32,000 bases of DNA, taken from assembly GCA_942493095.1 (NCBI GenBank), contig OW818675.1:3090001-3122000 (forward strand), in the 5' to 3' direction. Of this stretch, positions 9,507-16,303 are shown in pieces (positions within the stretch are counted from its first letter, which is position 1; each line of letters begins with the position of its first letter). The notes under the pieces were generated by a model. The model worked only from the letters and a program-made list of their open reading frames with translations. It did no database searches and was not told the origin of the DNA. The position numbers and the translations under genes are program-made. Source of the DNA: Candidatus Electronema halotolerans. Its GTDB lineage: Bacteria; Desulfobacterota; Desulfobulbia; Desulfobulbales; Desulfobulbaceae.

Positions 9507-10244
9507 ATGGACAAACTGCCTGACAATCCGATGAACGCCGAAAGAAAAATCCTTATTTTCTCTGCTAATCCCCAAGATACCAGCCGCCTGCGCCTTGACA
9601 AAGAGCTTCGGGAAATCCAAGACAGATTGAGGCGGACTAAATATGGCAGTCAGTTCATCTTCAAATCAGCCCCTGCCGTCAGGATTCACGATCTTCAGCA
9701 GGAGCTGCTGGAACACGAACCCGACATTGTTCATTTCTGCGGCCACGGCGAAGAGGAAGGGATATTGGTTGAGGATGAACAGGGCAAGGCGGTCTTAGTT
9801 CCCTCTGAGGCCCTTGCCTCATTGTTCGCCCTGTGCGCAGAGCACGTTGCCTGTGTGCTCCTGAACTCCTGTCATTCTCATGTCCAAGCCGAGGCCATCT
9901 CGCAGCATATTCCGTATGTCATCGGGATGAAAAAAGCCGTTGGTGACGATGCGGCGGTGGAGTTTGCCGCTGGTTTTTACAATGCCTTGGGCTTTGGCAA
10001 GAGCATTGAGCAGGCTTTTGCCTTCGGCAAGAACGCTGTACAGCTCTACGATCTTCCCGATCATCTGACTCCCGTCCTGGTGCAACGACGGGCAGCGGTC
10101 AAGGAGCCGGAAAAGATCATTCTGCTTGCTGCCAATCCGTTGAATGAACCGCAGAACTGGAATCCCTATATCGAGATCAGCAGTGTCTGGTTAGTTTTTT
10201 GCAAGCGAATCTGTGAACAACAGACTGTCCGCTTGACAGCGTGA
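9507..10244 (+). CDS. Fragment 1 of the interrupted gene: CHAT-domain caspase-like part with an IS-encoded tail
   Basis: ILIFSANPQDTSRLRLDKELREIQDRLR..., predicted catalytic His in DIVHFCGHG and Cys in CVLLNSCHSHVQAEAISQHIPYVIGM. Last roughly 22 aa (ISSVWLVFCKRICEQQTVRLTA) come from reading into the IS4 element. Confidence 0.85.
   Translation: MDKLPDNPMNAERKILIFSANPQDTSRLRLDKELREIQDRLRRTKYGSQFIFKSAPAVRIHDLQQELLEHEPDIVHFCGHGEEEGILVEDEQGKAVLVPSEALASLFALCAEHVACVLLNSCHSHVQAEAISQHIPYVIGMKKAVGDDAAVEFAAGFYNALGFGKSIEQAFAFGKNAVQLYDLPDHLTPVLVQRRAAVKEPEKIILLAANPLNEPQNWNPYIEISSVWLVFCKRICEQQTVRLTA
10168..10177. repeat. Left copy of 10-bp target site duplication ATATCGAGAT flanking the IS4-family element
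   Basis: Identical 10-mer at 11458..11467 directly abutting the other end of the element. Confidence 0.85.
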
Positions 10245-11457
10245 CCGTGAGGTTTCATTATCTTCCTGTAATCAACAATAACAGGGAGATGCCTAGTGAA
10301 GCCGCTTGTTGTGAAGAAAAAAATCACGTCCCGAACGTATGATGAGTTCTGTCTGCCTCTGCGCGATATTTTGCGCAGCACTCCTGTGTTGAAGTCACGG
10401 GGAGACCGGCCTTTGCAAATGACGTTCGAGCATCAGCTCAATGCCCTGATCTGGTTTCATTTGCAGGAGCATGATTCGGCGCGGCATCTTGTTTCCGATC
10501 TCAACAGGAATGACTTTGCGAAGGAATTCATTGCGCCGGATGGAGGCATCAGCCGGAGCAGTTTTTCAGAAGCTGTTAATAATCGGGGACTTGAGCAGCT
10601 TCAGCATGTTTTCAATGAACTCTCAAAGCAGGCCCGCGCAACGCTTCCGGCTGACTTTCAGGCACTCGGCGAGCTTGTCGCAATCGACGGCTCGCTGATT
10701 GATACGGTTCTTTCCATGCACTGGGCTGATTACAGGAAAAAATCCAAGAAAGCCAAGGGTCATTTCGGGTTCGATATCAACCGGGGCATTCCGACCGGAT
10801 TCCATTTGACTGAAGGCAAGGCGGGAGAGCGTCCTTTTGTCGAGCAAATTCTCGCCGCAGGGCAGACAGGAGTGATGGACAGGGGGTATCAATCTCATAT
10901 TCTGTTCGATTCGCTTCAAAAAGCGGGAAAAAATTTTGTCTGCCGCATCAAAGCCTGCACAATAAAGAGTATTATCAAAGAAAATTGCGTCAAACCGGGC
11001 AGCAATGTCTTTCAAGATTCATCGGCGCATCTCGGCACGGCAAAAAATCGGACCGAGTTGCCGGTTCGGGTCATCGGGTATCTGGTTGAAGGAGTAAAAT
11101 ATTATGTCGCAACGAACAGGTTTGATCTGACAGCGGAACAGGTTGCGGAAATTTATAAGCTGCGCTGGAATATCGAAACGTTTTTCAATTGGTGGAAACA
11201 GCATCTGCATGTTTATCATCTGATTGCCCGAAGCAGATACGGTCTCACTGTTCAGATGCTCGGCGGATTGATCACATACCTGTTAATGGCAATGTATTGC
11301 CGGAAAAACTTCAATGAACAAGTTTCTGTTCAAAATATCAGACTGATACGGTCAAATATTCAGAATGAATTAATGGCGGCTGGACGAAATAACAGCGGAA
11401 CTTACTCCACGACATCCAGCGTAAAATTTTATGCAAAAACCTAACCGGACACTACTG
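10178..11457 (+). mobile_element. IS4-family insertion sequence, 1280 bp, apparently complete
   Basis: Terminal inverted repeats CAGCAGTGTCTGGTTAGTTTTTTGCA (left) / CAGTAGTGTCCGGTTAGGTTTTTGCA (right, reverse complement), 23 of 26 identical; flanked by ATATCGAGAT duplications; encodes an intact transposase. Confidence 0.9.
10296..11444 (+). CDS. IS4-family DDE transposase
   Basis: 382 aa; LVAIDGSLIDTV (D1), GVMDRGYQSH (D2), YKLRWNIETFFNWWK matching the YREK signature Y-(2)-R-(3)-E-(6)-K. Confidence 0.95.
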   Translation: MKPLVVKKKITSRTYDEFCLPLRDILRSTPVLKSRGDRPLQMTFEHQLNALIWFHLQEHDSARHLVSDLNRNDFAKEFIAPDGGISRSSFSEAVNNRGLEQLQHVFNELSKQARATLPADFQALGELVAIDGSLIDTVLSMHWADYRKKSKKAKGHFGFDINRGIPTGFHLTEGKAGERPFVEQILAAGQTGVMDRGYQSHILFDSLQKAGKNFVCRIKACTIKSIIKENCVKPGSNVFQDSSAHLGTAKNRTELPVRVIGYLVEGVKYYVATNRFDLTAEQVAEIYKLRWNIETFFNWWKQHLHVYHLIARSRYGLTVQMLGGLITYLLMAMYCRKNFNEQVSVQNIRLIRSNIQNELMAAGRNNSGTYSTTSSVKFYAKT

Positions 11458-11467
11458 ATATCGAGAT
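11458..11467. repeat. Right copy of 10-bp target site duplication ATATCGAGAT
   Basis: Identical to 10168..10177. Confidence 0.85.
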
Positions 11468-12936
11468 CATCAAGAAGAAGATTTCCTGCCCGATTGAGCA
11501 GCGCAGCCTGAGCATTGAGAACCTCAATAAGTTCCAAGACGATGCCTATTTGCTGATATTGAGCAAGGTCAGTAAAAATAAACTGGTGATCGAGAACGAA
11601 TATCTCTGCAAAGACACGATCAGTTTTAAAGAACTTGACGACAACATCGGCAGCAGGCAGCTTGCCGGACTGTTCCTCTTTATCGATCAATTGCCGGAAG
11701 ACACGTTGCTTGATGAACTGACTTTGCCTGCCTTTTTGCTGCCGGTGGAGAATGAAAAGCAGCTCCGTAATGTGCTGTATCAGCTTTTCACCAAGAAGAA
11801 TATAGACTGCGACGACAAGAGCCGGATATTGAACAAGGCTGCTTTCCAGCTCTGCGCCCTGAATGGGAAACGTGATTTTGAGCACAAAAAGACCGATCTT
11901 CCTGAAAGCATCGACCGCCAGAAGCTAAAGGGCTTTGTGGGACGCAGCGATGACTTGGAGCATATCTGCCGCAAGCTCATGGAGCTGGACGAAGGCGAGC
12001 TGCTCACTGTCAAGGGCGCGGGCGGCATTGGCAAGACGCACACAGTGAAGAAGATTGCCGCTGCCTTGGCTGATCGGCACCTGTTCAGAGGCGGCATCCA
12101 CTTTATCGACTGCGAGCCGGTCACAGACAGCAAGCAGTTTCAGTTCAAGGCCGCTGCGGTCTTTGGACTGGAGCTGGCCGAAGACCTGTGGCAGCATCTC
12201 CGCGACCATCACGACGGCAAAGACCGCCTGATCATTTTCGACAACTTTGAACCGCTGCTCTATCTTGAGGAGCAGGACGAGATCAAAAAGATTCTCAGCA
12301 GGATTGCCAACTACGCCAAAGTGCTGGTCACGTCCAGAGAGCTGCTGGGCTTGGAATGCGAGCAAGTTCACCAGATGCGCCGCCTGACCACGGACGAGGC
12401 AGCCGAGCTGTTCACTGCTAAATTCAATGTGCCGGAGCAGGAACAGGAGTTGCTGCGCCAAGATATTCTCAGCAGGCAGTTGGACAACAATCCGCAGGCC
12501 ATCACGCTGATCACAGGTCAGCTACCCAAGGGCAAGAGCTTGGAGACGCTGCGGAAGGAGCTGGAAGAGAACCTGTTCGGCAAGGTCTGCGCCGATGAGC
12601 TGGAAGTCTTTGCCAGCGGCCCGGACAGCAATATTGAACGGAGGGACTCCATTTATGCCTCCATCCTCTATTCCTACCGCCGTTTGAATGCGGAGGAGAA
12701 AATGACCTTTGAGCTGCTTTCTTTATTCCCGGACGGCATTGAGCTGGAGAAGTTCAAGCGGTTGACCAGCACAGCGGAAAAGAAAGACAAACTGCCTCTA
12801 TCCCTGATCACAGACAGGCTGCTCAAGGCTTTGGAGGACAAGTCCATGCTGGAGAACAACAGCGGCCAGCTCAAACTCCAGTCGATGGTTGGCAGATTTG
12901 CCCAAGCCATGCTGAAGAAGCGGGAAGACTTTGCCC
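11468..12936 (+). pseudogene. Fragment 2 of the interrupted gene: linker plus STAND/NB-ARC-like P-loop NTPase
   Basis: FVGRSDDLEHICRKLMELDEGELLTVKGAGGIGKTHTVKKIAAALA (Walker A GAGGIGKT at 12015..12038), DRLIIFDNFEPLLYL (Walker B), KVLVTSRELLGL, LDNNPQAITLITGQLPKG (GxP/NPxAI-type motif). ORF track shows it as 11550..12998. Confidence 0.85.
12929..12936. repeat. Left copy of 8-bp target site duplication CTTTGCCC flanking the IS66-family element
   Basis: Identical 8-mer at 14423..14430. Confidence 0.92.
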
Positions 12937-14422
12937 GTAAGCGATCACAGGGTACCGCTCAGACCCAGCTTAAATCCGGCATCTGTCCTCTGAAATAGCA
13001 GCGCATGGCCTCGGTGAGCACCTCGAAAGTGGATTTTCCCCGAAGCAGGCATGTCTGCCGGAGGGAAAGGATTCGTTCAACCCAGCGGTTTCCCTTGTCG
13101 CTGTCAGTGCCCTGACTCCGTTTGCGCCACAGCACGCCGAAGCGGAGCATCCGTTCCGCTGGATTATTTGTCGGCTCTACGCCTTCTTCGAGCAAGAAAG
13201 TGAACAACGCCTCCATTTCCTTGTCAATATGACGGACAAACCTCCCCGCATCACTGTCGCAATCGCGCCAGCGTAGGATAAGTCGGCAGAGCCGGGCATA
13301 AAATGCGGACCATTCACCTTTGGTCGGCGGGTCTTTCGCCATGCGGCAGAGCCGCCGCAGTTCCGCAGCGGACCATTTGCCGCAGGCAGCCAGTTCAGGG
13401 TCAGCGCGCTCCGCAAGGCCGTCTGCCCGGCGGATAAGATGCGCGAGGCAAGTCTGCCGCTTGCCGACCCATTTTTGGTACACGTTGTATCCGTCGCTGA
13501 TGAGAATACCGTTCCAAGCGCCGATCAGTTCTTCAAAGGCTTCCTTAGAGCGTTTCGGATGAATCATGAAGAACGCGGCCTGCCGGTTCGCCATAACCCA
13601 TAACCAGCGCAGCCTGCCGCCAGTTTTCCACGTTGTTTCATCAACATGTCCGATATCCCCGCTTGTGACGGCAGCCCGGACGGCCTCATAGTGCGGCGCG
13701 ACAGCCGCCGGAGCTAGGTCAATGATCTTCTGCACCGCCCCGGCGCTGATAGGAACGCCGAGCACGGAACGGATGAACTTCCGCACAGTTCCCCGGCTGC
13801 TGCCGTCCATGCCGCTCAGTTCGGCAACCAGCGCGGTGAACCGCGCCCCGAAACCGGTTCTGAATTCATCGGGAACACAGCCTCTGACGGTTTTGCCGCA
13901 GGCGGCGCATTCCCCTTTATAAAGAAGGAAATGCCTGACCTGCATCACGATTTCCGGCAGTTCAATATGCTGATGCGTATAATATGACCGTATGTTTTTG
14001 AATTTGCCGCAACCGCAGGAGCAGGCGGAAGGATACATTTTTTGCGTTTCTGTCGGCGGCATCAGCTCCTGACGATATCCACGCCGCTTTTTCCGGGGCT
14101 TCCCCGCCTGATCTCTCTGCCGTTTTTCTGTAAACGGAGAGTCGGAAGAAGGCGGCCTGTTCGAGTTCGAGGAATCTTCGCCGAGTTTCGCCTCAAGCTC
14201 TTCGACCCGTTTTCTCAGCCGCGTTACCTCAGCGATCAAAAAAGACAGCAGCTTCCGCACCGCAGGAGGTGTAGCGGCAAGGTCTTCCTCGCTTATCTCA
14301 AAATTTTCACGATGGAACGGGGCGGTCACAGCTTTCTCCTGCGGAAAAAATTACTGCTCACAATTTATCCAGTTGCGATGCCAAGCGCCAGTGTTTTTTA
14401 GAGACACCCTGTGATCAGTTAC
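12937..14422 (-). mobile_element. IS66-family insertion sequence, 1486 bp, single-ORF type (ISBst12-like organisation)
   Basis: Ends GTAAGCGATCACAGGGTACCGC... / reverse complement GTAACTGATCACAGGGTGTCTC..., 8-bp direct repeats CTTTGCCC immediately outside both ends, one transposase ORF and no room for tnpA/tnpB. Confidence 0.92.
12959..14329 (-). CDS. IS66-family transposase (TnpC-like)
   Basis: 456 aa; coiled-coil VTRLRKRVEELEAKL, SSNSNRPPSSDSPF, Cys-rich zinc-binding segment CSCGCGKF...GECAACGKTV, GDIGHVDETTWKTGG, ILISDGYNVYQKW, CLAHLIRRA, GVEPTNNPAERMLRFGVLWRKRSQGTDSDKGNRWVERILSLRQTC. Confidence 0.96.
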   Translation of the reverse strand: MTAPFHRENFEISEEDLAATPPAVRKLLSFLIAEVTRLRKRVEELEAKLGEDSSNSNRPPSSDSPFTEKRQRDQAGKPRKKRRGYRQELMPPTETQKMYPSACSCGCGKFKNIRSYYTHQHIELPEIVMQVRHFLLYKGECAACGKTVRGCVPDEFRTGFGARFTALVAELSGMDGSSRGTVRKFIRSVLGVPISAGAVQKIIDLAPAAVAPHYEAVRAAVTSGDIGHVDETTWKTGGRLRWLWVMANRQAAFFMIHPKRSKEAFEELIGAWNGILISDGYNVYQKWVGKRQTCLAHLIRRADGLAERADPELAACGKWSAAELRRLCRMAKDPPTKGEWSAFYARLCRLILRWRDCDSDAGRFVRHIDKEMEALFTFLLEEGVEPTNNPAERMLRFGVLWRKRSQGTDSDKGNRWVERILSLRQTCLLRGKSTFEVLTEAMRCYFRGQMPDLSWV

Positions 14423-14430
14423 CTTTGCCC
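14423..14430. repeat. Right copy of 8-bp target site duplication CTTTGCCC
   Basis: Identical to 12929..12936. Confidence 0.92.
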
Positions 14431-15566
14431 AGCTTTATCACAATGCCTTTACCTACAACCGAAGGTTAGCCTTTGCGCTGGCTCAGAAACTAATAACAGA
14501 TGAGGAAAGTAAGGCCCTAGAGAACTTCAGTCGTCAACAGGGAAATTTTCTTGCTGCCATCAAGTATTGCGATCGCTTTGAGGCAGATAAGGAAGAACTG
14601 CTGGTGTATCTTGCTAAATTAGTAGATTTATTTACTGGCATTTGTTCGTTAGACGGATTTATCAGTAAACTTTCGAGCAAGATGCACTTGTTTCAAGACA
14701 AAGAACGGCAATCTGTCGATGTAATCCTGCTATGGGCTAAATATTACAATGGTTATTTTCTGCAATCATTTTCAGAACTTCAACGTTTGCTACCGTTGGA
14801 GCAGATTAAGTTGTTGGACAGATTTGCTCTCAAAGAAAAACTTATAGCTAAATATGCTCGTGATATTTATGAAATGGAAGGTGAGGCACTATGGGCAGCA
14901 GAATATTACGCCCAACATCATGTTCCCCTCATTCTTTATCCTGATGCACTGCTATATCTCGGTGAATACAAATCACATTTGGTAGACGTCGGTCAGAATT
15001 GTTTTTGGAGCTTTGAAGTACTGAGCAATCTTGGTCAGCGGCCCTTAGAGAGGATTGATGCCTACCTTGCTGGGCTGCATGAAAAAAATCATATTGAGCG
15101 GATGCAAACCAGCTACACCCGTGCCAAGCTGAAACCGCTGCCAAAAGAGGTTATAGAACCTCTGGTCATCGTCAATCCCTACACCAGAGGGCTGAAAGAG
15201 CTGATGCTGGCCTTTATTGAGGAAGATGCGGAAAAGGCGGATGAACTCTATCAAGATGCGGCGGATCATCTCTGGCATATCAGGTACTATCATGTGGAGT
15301 CGCTCTATTTCTACGCCAAGTTTCTCCAGCAGCAAGGGGATGCGAAGTTTGAAGATGTCCATCAGCAAGGTCTGAAGCTCTCGCAAAAGCACCATTACCG
15401 CTTTTTGCAATATCGTTTTGAGGAACTGGTGCAACCCAGCGGCCTTGCCTACGATTCACGCAACTATCCCCTTCCTGACAACAAGGATTTCAGCGAGTAC
15501 ATCAACTTCCTGATCAAACTGAACCGCCAGCGGAACGAGCATCAGAAAAAACACCGTCTTCGCTGA
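14431..15566 (+). pseudogene. Fragment 3 of the interrupted gene: alpha-helical C-terminal region
   Basis: Frame is open from the IS66 right boundary (QLYHNAFTYNRRLAFALAQKLITDEESKALENFSRQQGNFLAAIKYCDRFEADKEELLVYLAKLVDL...) to the stop at 15566; reported as ORF 14604..15566 in the track. Confidence 0.85.
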
Positions 15567-15601
15567 GAGCCGCAAGACCTGCGCAGCAAGGCAACAAAGG
15601 A

Positions 15602-15790
15602 ATGTTGTTTATCACGCAAAGGTTGTTGTTCATCAACAGAGAAGTTTTGATAGCTGCGCAAGAAGTGTTTCTTCCTGCCAAAGGATTGTTGGCGGACTCC
15701 AAAAAAATGAATGCTATCAACAAAAGGTTAATACCTATCAACAAAGAGTTATTGATAGCTGCGCAAAGAGTTTTGTTCGCTAACAGATGA
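15602..15790 (+). CDS. Small protein made of nine 7-residue (21-bp) repeat units, unknown function
   Basis: MLFITQR/LLFINRE/VLIAAQE/VFLPAKG/LLADSKK/MNAINKR/LIPINKE/LLIAAQR/VLFANR*; strict 21-bp spacing ending at the stop codon. Confidence 0.45.
   Translation: MLFITQRLLFINREVLIAAQEVFLPAKGLLADSKKMNAINKRLIPINKELLIAAQRVLFANR
15632..15775 (+). repeat. Degenerate 21-bp tandem repeat with a near-identical pair spaced 105 bp (5 x 21)
   Basis: atcaacagagaagttttgatagctgcgcaagaagt (from 15632) versus atcaacaaagagttattgatagctgcgcaaagagt (from 15737). Confidence 0.75.
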
Positions 15791-15881
15791 GTTGCAGGAG
15801 ATATTCAACGAATGAATGCTTCTTGCAAAGGAGCGATAGGAGTTATACAGGCTCTCCGATAATTTCCGGGGTTGTATAATT

Positions 15882-16250
15882 CTAGTCGCGGATGTTGCAT
15901 TGAATCACTTCATCCTGCCCGGCAAGATAGACATTGCTGACAAACTCCACCGCAATCAGCCGTCCGTCTTTGGTCTCAAGCGGCAGATCATTGTAGCGGA
16001 CATATCTTTTCTGCTTCAATTCAGAGAACGCGGACTTTGATGCGTCAATATCTTTGAATGCCCCGATCTCCCAAAGATTTTTCCCTAAGAAATCCTCACG
16101 GGAATACCCCAGCATTTCTATCAAAAAGGGATTCACGTCTGCAATCTTCCCGGTCTTGGCATCAAGGATCAGAATTCCGTCTCTGGCCGCTTCAAAAAGC
16201 CGCCGATAACGGATTTCTGAAGATATCATGCGTTGCTCGCTCTGTTCCAT
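15882..16250 (-). CDS. PAS-domain fragment, probably a truncated sensor protein
   Basis: 122 aa; RYRRLFEAARDGILILDAKTGKIADVNPFLIEMLGYSREDFLGKNLWEIGAF...EVIQCNIRD*; the ORF stops where sensor kinases usually continue with ITERKxxE. Confidence 0.8.
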   Translation of the reverse strand: MEQSEQRMISSEIRYRRLFEAARDGILILDAKTGKIADVNPFLIEMLGYSREDFLGKNLWEIGAFKDIDASKSAFSELKQKRYVRYNDLPLETKDGRLIAVEFVSNVYLAGQDEVIQCNIRD

Positions 16251-16303
16251 GTTGCCTTAGATGGAAGAAAGAAGAATGGATATGTGCTTTTTTGCAAACG
16301 CTG

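Larger units (their letters stand above)
9507..15566 (+). pseudogene. CHAT (caspase-like) + STAND-type P-loop NTPase + alpha-helical repeat-like C-terminus, interrupted by two IS elements
   Basis: Three ORF fragments all lie in the same frame (start coordinate divisible by 3: 9507, 11550, 14604). Excising 10178..11457 plus one 10-bp duplication, and 12937..14422 plus one 8-bp duplication, leaves 3276 nt = 1092 codons without frameshift. Junctions read ...NPYIEI|IKKKISCPIEQ... and ...KKREDFA|QLYHNAFTYNRRLAFALAQKL.... Confidence 0.9.

Noticed and set aside
9221-9601. 126-aa minus-strand ORF across the lepA 3' end and CHAT gene start
   Set aside because: Overlaps two real genes on the other strand and has no domain-like sequence.
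12954-12998. C-terminal tail AQTQLKSGICPLK of ORF 11550..12998
   Set aside because: This is read-through into the IS66 left end, not part of the native protein; the real continuation begins at 14431.
15602-15790. CRISPR array interpretation of the 21-bp periodic region
   Set aside because: Units are 21 bp with no spacer between them, are degenerate, and keep an open reading frame, which does not fit repeat-spacer architecture; no cas genes in the window.
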